Virus record (IMG/VR): IMGVR_UViG_3300044711_000046
Span: 1 to 55,694 of that record
DNA length: 55,694 nucleotides
Direction: 5' to 3' (one strand)
Origin: a virus
Lineage: Duplodnaviria; Caudoviricetes
Shown here: piece after piece, positions 37,303 to 46,058 of the stretch
Layout: the number at the start of each line of letters is the position of its first letter
How positions within the stretch are numbered: the first letter of the stretch is position 1
Made by a program: the position numbers and the translations under genes
Notes under the pieces: model-generated
What the model was told of the DNA's origin: nothing
Seen by the model: the letters and a program-made list of their open reading frames with translations, nothing else
Database searches by the model: none

Positions 37303-37506
37303 TCATCGCAACCCCCACGTCGCGCGCCATTGCTTGACTTCAGCGTCGCGTTCCGAATCCGACGATCGATGCAGCCGATGATTCAGTCCAGCAGCTGCGA
37401 AGACCAGCGACCACTCGTGCTCATTAGCCGGGGTCGCGATGTTGGTTGTGGCGTCGTATGTGACGCCCACGATTCTGTCTTGCTGCGAAGTACCTGGGTC
37501 GCGCAT
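37303..37506 (-). CDS. Small protein with a fragment similar to virion protein 7446-8276
   Basis: 15 of 30 ungapped identities. Confidence 0.6.
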   Translation of the reverse strand: MRDPGTSQQDRIVGVTYDATTNIATPANEHEWSLVFAAAGLNHRLHRSSDSERDAEVKQWRATWGLR

Positions 37507-37512
37507 GTCAAC

Positions 37513-37544
37513 AAGTTACGCACAGGTGTGCGCCGATGTCAACT
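37513..37544 (-). promoter_or_regulatory. Putative promoter (second class)
   Basis: TTGACA-18 bp-TAACTT; spacer contains CGCACA-CC-TGTGCG; AGTTGACATCGGCG recurs at 38780-38793. Confidence 0.6.
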
Positions 37545-37899
37545 AGGATTCCATCCTGCTACGTCGATCGATTTCCATGGCGAGCTCGGACGTGGACATC
37601 TGGCGCATCGCCTCGTCGCGGAGCTTGACCATGCCAGCCTCGTATTCCGCGTCGCTCAGCACTTGCTGGCCTTTGGGCAGGGCTTGCAGCCTGACCCTGG
37701 TCCGGTCCGTGTCCAGCTGCGCGATGGCCGTGACAGCCTTCGCAATCTTCGTGATGGCGTCAGTGACCCAGGGCGGCGGGAACCGCCTCGCCTGATCCGT
37801 CTCGTCGTCGGTGTCGACGATCCACTCGGAGATCCGACGCTGCAACCGGATCAGGGTCGAGGTCAGACTTTCGAGATCTACATCGGAGACAAGGGCCAC
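37543..37899 (-). CDS. Helical protein, terminase small subunit candidate
   Basis: 118-aa helical ORF ending MSTSEL; call rests on position and size only. Confidence 0.35.
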   Translation of the reverse strand: MALVSDVDLESLTSTLIRLQRRISEWIVDTDDETDQARRFPPPWVTDAITKIAKAVTAIAQLDTDRTRVRLQALPKGQQVLSDAEYEAGMVKLRDEAMRQMSTSELAMEIDRRSRMES

Positions 37900-37903
37900 A
37901 TGG

Positions 37904-38680
37904 CTAGCCTAGCGTCTGTAGGCCTTGACGCACAATGGAAAACGTAGGCGTACCCGTGTCGTTCGTGCTCTGCATCTTGCACCGGTGCGCTGCAGGGACG
38001 CGCCAGCGGAGCAGCATCGTGGAGCTGGTCTGCAAGGCCAGGCCGATGGTGAGCGTCCCGGTGCTCTCACTCTGCACCGATTGGACGACCGTCGTAGGGT
38101 TCGTGTTCGCATCGCACAGCAGGTCCACATGGCCGGCGGAACCACCGGTAAGGCTGAGGCTGTTCACGATCTTGACGTTGACCGAGTACTCGGTGTCGTG
38201 AGTCGCATCGAACTGGACGGCCGACCCGCCGATCGTTAGGCTTGGCGTACTTGAACTGGTCACCAGCGCTCCTGGACCAATGGCGCCCTGCATGCCCGTG
38301 CTTCCCGTTGCACCGGTGGTACCCGTAGATCCGGTCGCTCCGATGGGACCCTGCGGGCCGGTTGCGCCCTGCGGGCCGGTAGCCCCAAGGCCGATGTTCG
38401 GGTTGGTGTGAAACTGTCCGTCACCGTTGCCCTCAACGGAACCGGATACGTACACTGCGGCAAGCGCGAGCTGCGAGCTCAGTCCCACTGGCATCACGTA
38501 GCTGCTGGTGCCCAAGGTGAACACGACGATGTTGTAGCTGCCGTCGTTGTTGTCCCCAGTAACTACCGCCGCGTAGCTGTTCGAACTGTTGTACCGGTAG
38601 ATCACCGACTGCCCGATTACCGGCGTTGCCAAGGCCTCGGTCGACCATGCAAGCAAGCAGAACGTCAACAGATATCTCAC
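37904..38680 (-). CDS. Collagen-repeat protein with signal peptide
   Basis: MRYLLTFCLLAWSTEALA leader; GATGPQ-type Gly-X-Y run. Confidence 0.75.
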   Translation of the reverse strand: MRYLLTFCLLAWSTEALATPVIGQSVIYRYNSSNSYAAVVTGDNNDGSYNIVVFTLGTSSYVMPVGLSSQLALAAVYVSGSVEGNGDGQFHTNPNIGLGATGPQGATGPQGPIGATGSTGTTGATGSTGMQGAIGPGALVTSSSTPSLTIGGSAVQFDATHDTEYSVNVKIVNSLSLTGGSAGHVDLLCDANTNPTTVVQSVQSESTGTLTIGLALQTSSTMLLRWRVPAAHRCKMQSTNDTGTPTFSIVRQGLQTLG

Positions 38681-39004
38681 CTTGGCCTCCGGTCAACAAG
38701 CAACACAAACGATGCAACGACTGCGACAGTAGCCACCGAGATCAGAATCTGAAATCCCATGACCGCGAGCATGAAGCATCGCCGATGTCAACTGTCAGGA
38801 TAAGGCCTACTAACGATAGATCAGGCCTACTACCCGACCGCTACCCGTGCCATGAGGGACCGTGGTCAGCGGATACAAGGCTCACGCGAAAGCAGGGCTT
38901 TGCCATAGTTGCAATAGACCTGCAGCAAAAGGCCGCACAAGATGCAAGATATGCGGAGCCAAGGAGGCTGCACGTCAAGCGCTGGTCAGAGCCAGACGCA
39001 AGGC

Positions 39005-39346
39005 TCAGTCGATTCCAGAATGACACGTGTCGTCGCCATCCTCGCCGGCCGAGAAGTCGCACGACACCCAGTACGTGTGGCCAAGGAACGTCCCGTAGGA
39101 GCTGCAATGCACGTGGCCCTGAAACGTGACGTCGCACAGGTATCGATTCGGGTCGTCCGCACCGGTGATACCCTGCAACGCCGCGTAGTCGAGCGTAGGC
39201 TGCAGCCCGATGTCATACGGATTCGGCTGGTCACCGCAACTCGGGCACGAGCAGGCGGTATCGCCATCCGCGCAGAAACTCGGGTCCGTCGGAACGGAGG
39301 CGTAGGCAGCGGCGGACAGGATGAGAAGAATGACTAGGGATTTCAT
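39005..39346 (-). CDS. Secreted Cys-rich protein
   Basis: MKSLVILLILSAAAYA leader; eight Cys; acidic. Confidence 0.7.
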   Translation of the reverse strand: MKSLVILLILSAAAYASVPTDPSFCADGDTACSCPSCGDQPNPYDIGLQPTLDYAALQGITGADDPNRYLCDVTFQGHVHCSSYGTFLGHTYWVSCDFSAGEDGDDTCHSGID

Positions 39347-39356
39347 TCCAAGATAT

Positions 39357-39650
39357 TTACCACTTGGGCCTACCATGGCCAGACTTCTTGCCATGTTTCC
39401 TCCGCTCACGCTGGCGGCTGTCGCCCTCCCATCGCCTCCGCTCCTTCGGATCTTGGACCTTGGGCGATGCTGGCATCGGCAAAACCGTTCCGGCTGAGCC
39501 GTGGCTAGTCAGATGCCAGCCTCGACAATACGCGCAGCCGTATACGCTGAGGTTGGCACCGGACTCGTTCAGCGCCGCCGCCTCACCGGAGGCTATCACC
39601 TCGGTCGCGTATCTTACCTTGCGCGTGCAGCTGGTGTACTCGTGGCTCAC
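39357..39650 (-). CDS. Small zinc-binding phage protein
   Basis: CTRKVRY...YGCAYCRGWHLTS. Confidence 0.7.
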   Translation of the reverse strand: MSHEYTSCTRKVRYATEVIASGEAAALNESGANLSVYGCAYCRGWHLTSHGSAGTVLPMPASPKVQDPKERRRWEGDSRQRERRKHGKKSGHGRPKW

Positions 39651-39652
39651 GG

Positions 39653-40141
39653 CTATCTGAATCCCTCCGCAACAGGTTGCAACTTAGCAAGAGCTTTGAC
39701 CTCTTGCTGCCTAACAGCCTCAACCGTCAGGTTGATCCAGCGGCTGATCACGGTCAAGCCTTGACCACCTAGGTCGGCCACGTCCAGCGAGCACGTCTGC
39801 TCGAGCTCGTCCCACTCGAGCGACGGGAAATTGAATTTGATGCTGCCGTTAGCCGGATTCACGTCCAAGTACAAGTGATGTTTGCATCCCAGCCACGGAC
39901 ACGGACGAGGTCCGTCCTTGCAGTCCGCTCGAGTAGTCGGTGCCTCTTCACTACGCTCAGTCAGTGGACCTTCGATCTCGACGCGCCTCACGCTGAGCGT
40001 CTTGTTACGCAGCATGGCCGGGTCTCGATTCGGACGACGCTTCCAGATGCCGGTACGGCGATGGACCTCACCGGTGCAAGTCTTCGTCGGATGTGCCCGA
40101 CGCGGCTCGCCACACGGACATTTGGTTATCTTGTTGTTCAC
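39653..40141 (-). CDS. Cys-rich sigma70 region-4-like DNA-binding protein
   Basis: TRADCKDGPRPCPWLGCKHHLYLDV...TCSLDVAD...NLTVEAVRQQEVKALAKL. Confidence 0.75.
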   Translation of the reverse strand: MNNKITKCPCGEPRRAHPTKTCTGEVHRRTGIWKRRPNRDPAMLRNKTLSVRRVEIEGPLTERSEEAPTTRADCKDGPRPCPWLGCKHHLYLDVNPANGSIKFNFPSLEWDELEQTCSLDVADLGGQGLTVISRWINLTVEAVRQQEVKALAKLQPVAEGFR

Positions 40142-40470
40142 AGCTTGCTCTTTGCCAGCCTATCCCTTAGGCCAAGCGCGCCATCGATTGCCAGAAAGTT
40201 TCCGTTGGCATCCATCCACGCATCAAGCGCTCGGACGACCAACTTCACCTCCTCGTCGCTCAGCTTGCGCCAGTCGTCGTTGTCAACCAATTCGACCTCG
40301 GCACACCACCACGTACCTCCGTCCCTGAAGCGTAAAAGATACGGCATTCCCTCGGAATCCTCGCGGTCTATCTCGGTGACGATCCCTGTGTCGCCAACAT
40401 ATCGCTTCTGATTGAAGTTGCGATCCCCAACGATCACCTTAACTAGGTCTCCTACTTTGATTTTGCTCAT
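40138..40470 (-). CDS. SH3/KOW-like small protein
   Basis: IKVGDLVKV...GIVTEID...PYLLRF. Confidence 0.6.
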   Translation of the reverse strand: MSKIKVGDLVKVIVGDRNFNQKRYVGDTGIVTEIDREDSEGMPYLLRFRDGGTWWCAEVELVDNDDWRKLSDEEVKLVVRALDAWMDANGNFLAIDGALGLRDRLAKSKL

Positions 40471-41210
40471 GACACGGTCAGAATGGCGCGCTTGAACGCT
40501 GCGATCGTAGCCAGGACGATTGGCCTACAGGCGTCGGAGGCGGCGTAGGCGTAGGCGGCGCCGGAGGCGGCGTAGGCGTAGGCGGAGGCGGCGTAGGCGG
40601 AGGCGGCGGCGGCGTCGGAGGCGGCGGAGGCGGCGGCGGAGGCGTAGGCGGCGTCGGCGTCGGCGTCGGCGGAGGCGGCGTAGGCGGAGGCGGCGGCGTA
40701 GGCGGCGGCGGCGTCGGCGTCGGCGTAGGCGGAGGCGGCGTAGGCGGAGGCGGCGGCGGATCTACGTTCACGCGCTTGATTCCGCACCTCCGCTGTTACC
40801 GCCGCCGCATCCGTTGCGCTGTCTCGGTCAACAATCGGAAGAATGGCACGAAGCCGCAATGCGAGATCATTCCATCCGCGATCCTCCAGCGCCATTGGAA
40901 CGATCTCGCGGATCGCCGCATCCACCATCACATACGACCGCTTAAGTTCGACGTCAGCGTATGCACGCGTCCCCACCAAGAGCGTAATCATCTCAGTCAA
41001 AAGCTGTCGCTCCTCATCGTTGTATCGGTCATTCAATCGGCGACCAATATCCGCCAGAATCGGCGATGCGCATGCCGGGCTATCGCTGTGCGGTTCACCA
41101 GCGACATAGGCGACAGCCTCCATTAGACACATGCCCTCCTCGTAAGACTTATGGCTTCCATGGCCAAGGACAAGACCAATGGGCAACTCTCTCGATATTT
41201 GATTTGTCAT
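40467..41210 (-). CDS. Phage protein with Ala/Tyr/Ser low-complexity tract
   Basis: GSH...CLMEAVAYVAGEPHSDSPAC N-domain; AAAYA-type tract; own promoter at 41246. Confidence 0.8.
   Translation of the reverse strand: MTNQISRELPIGLVLGHGSHKSYEEGMCLMEAVAYVAGEPHSDSPACASPILADIGRRLNDRYNDEERQLLTEMITLLVGTRAYADVELKRSYVMVDAAIREIVPMALEDRGWNDLALRLRAILPIVDRDSATDAAAVTAEVRNQARERRSAAASAYAASAYADADAAAAYAAASAYAASADADADAAYASAAASAASDAAAASAYAASAYAYAASGAAYAYAASDACRPIVLATIAAFKRAILTVS
40531..40760. repeat. Low-complexity coding repeat (GCC/TCC/TAC/GAC codons on the minus strand)
   Basis: Visible GGCGGCG/TAGGCG/GAGGCG units. Confidence 0.9.
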
Positions 41211-41217
41211 CCCAGTC

Positions 41218-41309
41218 AGCCTAGCAAGGATGGACCATGCTGTCAACCAAAGACTAACCTGAGCTTCGCACAAGAAAGACTTGACAACCTTGTCCAGTTG
41301 ACCCATAGT
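41218..41309. promoter_or_regulatory. Divergent promoter pair, each with operator
   Basis: Minus: TTGACA GCAT GGTCCA...TAGGCT (41246); plus: TTGACA ACCT TGTCCA...CATAGT (41281); both 17-bp spacers. Confidence 0.8.
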
Positions 41310-41315
41310 GTCCTC

Positions 41316-41576
41316 ATGACCGCCAAACAAATCGCCGCCATCATCGAGAGCTGCTGCAAGGCAGCGCTGAGCCAGGTCGAGATCTCCACCGAGGACGGCA
41401 TCTTGCTTCCGCTCGCCGATTGCCTTGTCGATACCGACCTCCTTGGACTCTGCCGCGCTATCGCCGGCAACGCCGCACAGATCCTGGCCACGGATGACGA
41501 GAGCGACGGCATCCCGATGCAACCCGTGGTCGACCTCGACACCGGCGTAACGGAGAGCGTGAAGGTGAGCCTGTGA
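41316..41576 (+). CDS. Hypothetical protein
   Basis: MTAKQIAAII... directly behind the promoter. Confidence 0.6.
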   Translation: MTAKQIAAIIESCCKAALSQVEISTEDGILLPLADCLVDTDLLGLCRAIAGNAAQILATDDESDGIPMQPVVDLDTGVTESVKVSL

Positions 41577-42206
41577 GCGATAAGCCAAGACGCAAAGACG
41601 ATGCGCTTGATGACTACGCGTTCGCTAAGACGGTTCTGGACAATTCTGCTGCGCCAGCAGATCGGTACGCGATGCTGACGATGCTCGGCAACATCGCCGT
41701 CACCCTGGCCATGATCTACGACAAGATGGAGGTGCGCAAATGACCTACCTAAACCTACAGCTCTCACATGTCACGTTGCCCTCAATCGGCGTCGCCGCAC
41801 ACCGGGTATGCCTCAGCCACCGTCCAGGATTGCGTAGGCTCACGCCTGCCGCATCGGAACCACAGGTCGGCCCATCCGTGACGCCGGACCTGGATAACGC
41901 GTCCCAGGGCATCTGGGGCCTGATTTCGCTGGTCATGGTCGCCATGCTGGTGGCCGGCTGCACTGCCGTGGCCATGGTGCACCGGTGAGGCTCAAGGTCG
42001 GGCCGGTCAGCTACGAGTTGTACGTGCTTGGAATGCGACCGGAGACATTCCGTCTCAGCAAATGGGCAGTATCGCATTCTGCAGGCTGGAGTTGGTTTGC
42101 AACTCTGGACTCAGTAGTCAGTGACTATGCATCTGATAGGCAGTGCACCTTGACTCAGGCCAGGCTGGTGATCGAAGCCTTGGCCTTCGAGTCGGTGGCT
42201 GAGTAG

Positions 42207-42445
42207 GATTCATTGCTACCCGGGGGTAGTACCGGGGTAGGAGCAGGTAAGTCTCTGTTTACTATTACTATTCTACTACTATTACTATCCCTACTATCCC
42301 TTAGAGGCTTAAAGACTTGGGGACGACCTCTGGAATTGTAAGCTAGACCCCCCTTTTTGAGCTTCCAATGAAACTCCAGGAAAGGGGGGTGCACGGGGCA
42401 GCAGGGGTAGCAACGACTCCGTAACTTCCTGTAATATAAGACTAA
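42207..42445. other. Putative replication origin
   Basis: Non-coding, AT-richer, TACTAT repeats, nested inverted repeats; directly downstream of the primase-helicase gene. Confidence 0.55.
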
Positions 42446-44488
42446 CTACACTACAGTACATGTAGCACCACCACCTGAGCCTGCTACCCTCAAAATCTGG
42501 GGCGAATTGCCCCGAGTGTAATACGACTTACGTTCTCCGTTGACCATAATTTGCTTGGGGGGTAGGAAGCCGCATCGCCTCATGGCGGCGCCAAACCGCT
42601 CCAATTCCTTCTGGTCAAGCGGCCTGTTCGGATAGATACCCGTCACTCGCCAGGCGTCTGATACTTTCACCTTTCCTTCCAAGTCGCCAAAGCAGTCAGA
42701 GATCATCTCTTCCATGGAGTCGCCGATCATGCGCGCCTCTTGTTGCTCTGCAGCCGCTGCATAGAGCGACTTGTCGAGCCTGATGCTCTCGCCGGCTGTC
42801 TCGGCTGCTACGGCTTCAGCCCAGAGCTGGTCAACATCGCGACGCATTGCCGGTAGATCGAACTGGGTGATGGACACCGGCCAGTACTTGCGGTTGCCGG
42901 TGATATCCCGGAAATACCCACTGTCGCAGTTGGTGGTTCCCGCCAGGACGAATTGTCGTGGCGTGCTCTCGCTGTCCTCTCGGTAGGCTAGGCGTGAGCT
43001 GTCTCGCGTACGGCTCACATAGCTCTTGAGTTTGTCGTGTCCTGCCTTGCCGAAACCCTTTAACTCCTCGCAGACGACAATCAGCGCGCCGTTTGTCTGC
43101 TCCATCAACTCCTTGGTATCTCCGTTGATGGGCAGGTCGTCGCAGAGCCACTCAGGCCGTATGGCCAGGATCCCGAACATCTGGCTCTTGTCCTTACCCG
43201 GTGGACTTTCCAGGATGAGCATCTCGTCGAACTTGCAGCCTGGCTGGCGCACTCTACGCACTGCAGCGACGAGCCACAGGCGACCGACGGCGCGGGTGTA
43301 CGGGCTATCGGTGGCTCCTCCGTAGGTGGTCAGCCAGCTCGGAGTGTTGCCGCCACCAATACGCTTCCCCCCGTCCCATGCGAGGCTCGAGAAGTAGTCG
43401 CGCACCGGGTGAAACCGGTTTGACCATGCCTCGTTGGCCACGACGTCTGCCCATAACTCCTTGCTGAGCCTGAACCCCCACTTTTCGTCGACGGCAAGCC
43501 GTAGACGGTTCTTTGCGGTCTGGTCAAGTTTGGGGCCTGCGTCGGCCATCCCTTCGACCACGTTGTGGTGCGCGAACATGTCATGCTTGAGCTGCACGCC
43601 GAGTTTCGCCAGCGCCAGCCGGATGTTTACCTGGCTGTGGTAGATCTTTCCGTCCTCGTCACGGGCGAAGTCCTTGCTTGGATCAACCGACGCGCCGACT
43701 TCGGGAACCGGTGCCTCTGGCGCATCCGCGAGCGCGGCCAGCGCCTCCGCGGTCCCTCCCCCTGCCACCCAATCCGCGCTGTCCTTGCCGCCTGGGAGCT
43801 CCAACACGCGCACTGAAGCCACCACACCGGTGAGCCTGGCCTTGACGTCGGCGGCATGCTTGCGCCCGCGCTCGTCCGCGTCGGCGATGACCACGACCCG
43901 CCGGCCGGCAAGCGCACGGCTCGCACAGTCCATGACCGCGGCCCACTTACCGGCGCCCTGCGGGTTACACGTGGCGACCAGCCCCAAGACCTCAAGAGCC
44001 TCGACGTCCTTCTCGCCCTCCACCACATAGACCGTACCCTCGGACTCTATCACCCGGTCGAGGTGGTACAGAACCCGACGTACGGTGATCCCCTTGTCCG
44101 GCTCGTCGAGCTTCCATACCCACTTGCCGGCCACCTCCTTGCGCTGCGCGAAGCCCTTGGGTTCGTAGCGAACGACTTGGTATACAAGCTGTCCGCTCTC
44201 GTCTAAGTAGTCGTATTCCTTGACTATACGCTTAGGACGGACGGGTTCGGCAGCGGTATGCTGCACCCCGCACCGGCACGGACCGGCCAACCGGTGGCCG
44301 TAGGTTTGGCTCTGCGCCACTGGGATGGAACCGGCCTTCTCCTCACGGCTGCAGTGCGCGAACAGCCCGTCCTCGGAGAGGAATCCGAAGCACCGACGCT
44401 CCGCTCCGCGAGGATCCTGATCCGCGCCGTCACAGACCGGGCAACGCCTGCCACCTCTGTACCGTCGGTCCGTCGGGACCGCTGTCAT
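42446..44488 (-). CDS. Primase-helicase (Zn ribbon, Toprim, VirE/VapE-like ATPase)
   Basis: CPVC; VVEGEKD; IADADERG; HPVRDY; PGCKFDEMLILESPPGKDKS; GTTN; TGNRKYWPV. Confidence 0.9.
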   Translation of the reverse strand: MTAVPTDRRYRGGRRCPVCDGADQDPRGAERRCFGFLSEDGLFAHCSREEKAGSIPVAQSQTYGHRLAGPCRCGVQHTAAEPVRPKRIVKEYDYLDESGQLVYQVVRYEPKGFAQRKEVAGKWVWKLDEPDKGITVRRVLYHLDRVIESEGTVYVVEGEKDVEALEVLGLVATCNPQGAGKWAAVMDCASRALAGRRVVVIADADERGRKHAADVKARLTGVVASVRVLELPGGKDSADWVAGGGTAEALAALADAPEAPVPEVGASVDPSKDFARDEDGKIYHSQVNIRLALAKLGVQLKHDMFAHHNVVEGMADAGPKLDQTAKNRLRLAVDEKWGFRLSKELWADVVANEAWSNRFHPVRDYFSSLAWDGGKRIGGGNTPSWLTTYGGATDSPYTRAVGRLWLVAAVRRVRQPGCKFDEMLILESPPGKDKSQMFGILAIRPEWLCDDLPINGDTKELMEQTNGALIVVCEELKGFGKAGHDKLKSYVSRTRDSSRLAYREDSESTPRQFVLAGTTNCDSGYFRDITGNRKYWPVSITQFDLPAMRRDVDQLWAEAVAAETAGESIRLDKSLYAAAAEQQEARMIGDSMEEMISDCFGDLEGKVKVSDAWRVTGIYPNRPLDQKELERFGAAMRRCGFLPPKQIMVNGERKSYYTRGNSPQILRVAGSGGGATCTVV

Positions 44489-45084
44489 GACCTCACGCTC
44501 CGCGCCATGGAGATGAGCAGGTCACGGAATTCGATTGGAGAGGCAGACCTCTCGCGCTTGCCGAGTCGTTCTACGGGTGTCCGCCGATAGAATGAACCAT
44601 CACCTCGTTTGCTGCACGACCCGACCACCATCTCGGGTGCCGCCCCGCGCCCCCAGCGCATCTCCGGTAACTCGCATCGGACGGCGTAGAGCCATGTGTC
44701 CTTGCGTGCTCGGTGTCCATATTGTCGCTGGCTTACGTGACAGCTGTGTCCGCTGTCCCACAGTGACCGTCGCCATCCGGCGTGAAGCGGAGATGGAAGA
44801 TCGAACCTCGCCCAAGCATCGCTGAATGCCGGGTGTTCAAGCACTCCTCCGTGCTCTCGGACGCTGGCGAGGGCAGCAGCGAAGCATCCTCCGTCGTCGC
44901 CGCGCTTGTAGCCCCATCGGTGCTCTACTAAGCCGGCAAGACGACACCAGCGAGCGCATGGCGGATGTGCAACTACCGGCCAAGGACCATTATACTTGCG
45001 CGCGTCGCGTGCTTCGTCCCATGGATCAACGCCGTCTAAGCCAAAGTAACAGCCGCCTTTTTGGACGTAGAGGGCAGCGATCAT
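44485..45084 (-). CDS. DNA cytosine-methyltransferase-like protein
   Basis: AHPPC catalytic-like motif, VLEHP, KDTWLY. Confidence 0.65.
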   Translation of the reverse strand: MIAALYVQKGGCYFGLDGVDPWDEARDARKYNGPWPVVAHPPCARWCRLAGLVEHRWGYKRGDDGGCFAAALASVREHGGVLEHPAFSDAWARFDLPSPLHAGWRRSLWDSGHSCHVSQRQYGHRARKDTWLYAVRCELPEMRWGRGAAPEMVVGSCSKRGDGSFYRRTPVERLGKRERSASPIEFRDLLISMARSVRS

Positions 45085-45360
45085 CTAGGCCACCTGCTTG
45101 GTGATCCGCCACTGATAATTGCGACCGGACCACGGACGCCGATCTAGTACACCAGCGCCATGTAGGGAGGTGAGCTGGTTCGTCAGCGTGGTCGAGACCG
45201 TGCTGGCACCGGTGAGCCTCGCGGAAATCTCGTTACTCGTGGTCCACTCCGGTCCTACCGCGGCAACGGTGAGCCTCTGAGACTCAGTGAGCGGCCTCTT
45301 TCCGCATCCGCCGCACTTCTCACAGGGTATCCGTAACTCAACCGGTTCTGAAAGCGACAT
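45085..45360 (-). CDS. Cys-motif plus winged-helix protein
   Basis: CEKCGGCG, then helix-turn-helix-like LTSLHGAGVLDRR. Confidence 0.55.
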   Translation of the reverse strand: MSLSEPVELRIPCEKCGGCGKRPLTESQRLTVAAVGPEWTTSNEISARLTGASTVSTTLTNQLTSLHGAGVLDRRPWSGRNYQWRITKQVA

Positions 45361-45398
45361 GGGCGCTCACCGTGACACGGGAGCGCGCCGGAAGTCAA

Positions 45399-45662
45399 CT
45401 ACCCAGGCGGGCGAGAGATGATCGCGATGGCGTTACTGATAAATCCAGCGGAGACGACCCAGCCTTCGGCTTTGTACTTGCCTACAACCGCCTCGATGGC
45501 GGAATACGGCATCGCGTCACGTGCACGTCCTACAACGGCAGGCCACTGCCCGGTCCGGTCAGCGCTACGGATCGCAGCATCGAACCGCTCCTCTAGAGAT
45601 TCCAGCTGCTCCTGCGTATGGAACGGCGCGTTAGCTGGCTTGATTTCGCTTGGCTTGATCAT
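45399..45662 (-). CDS. Small protein similar to 8273-8527
   Basis: RFDAAIRSADRTGQ...EGWVV. Confidence 0.55.
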   Translation of the reverse strand: MIKPSEIKPANAPFHTQEQLESLEERFDAAIRSADRTGQWPAVVGRARDAMPYSAIEAVVGKYKAEGWVVSAGFISNAIAIISRPPG

Positions 45663-45726
45663 GGATATTCCTTCTGGACGCTGAGGTCCACATAGAGCAC
45701 CAGCCTCCTGATGCGCCAAGCGCGCC

Positions 45727-46023
45727 TCATTCCATCGTGCCGGCGGCTCGGCAAGCGTCGACGATCTTGTTGATGACCGACTGGCGGTCATCTAAGCTTA
45801 GTACCCACTGGGCCAGCGTTTGAGATGCCCACGCATCGACCGAGCCACCGAACGTCGTCAACTCGGATCCGTTGACGTCGAGATCAGGGCACAGCGTTAC
45901 CTCTCCGATGATTTTCCTTCCGGAGACATCGATCTCGACATCGAAATCGTATCCGATAGTCCCCTCATCGAGGACGGTGGACGGGGTTCCAACGGACGAG
46001 TAAACCGCAATTGATTTGTTCAT
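45727..46023 (-). CDS. Hypothetical protein
   Basis: MNKSIAVY... behind the operator-promoter at 46058. Confidence 0.6.
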   Translation of the reverse strand: MNKSIAVYSSVGTPSTVLDEGTIGYDFDVEIDVSGRKIIGEVTLCPDLDVNGSELTTFGGSVDAWASQTLAQWVLSLDDRQSVINKIVDACRAAGTME

Positions 46024-46029
46024 GGGTCT

Positions 46030-46058
46030 ACCATGACACCGATGGACAAGCTTGTCAA
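46030..46058 (-). promoter_or_regulatory. Promoter plus operator
   Basis: TTGACA AGCT TGTCCA...CATGGT; the most symmetric copy. Confidence 0.75.

Noticed and set aside
40478-40945. Poly-Arg (plus) and poly-Pro (minus) ORFs
   Set aside because: Alternative-frame shadows of the Ala-rich tract in the real gene 40467-41210.
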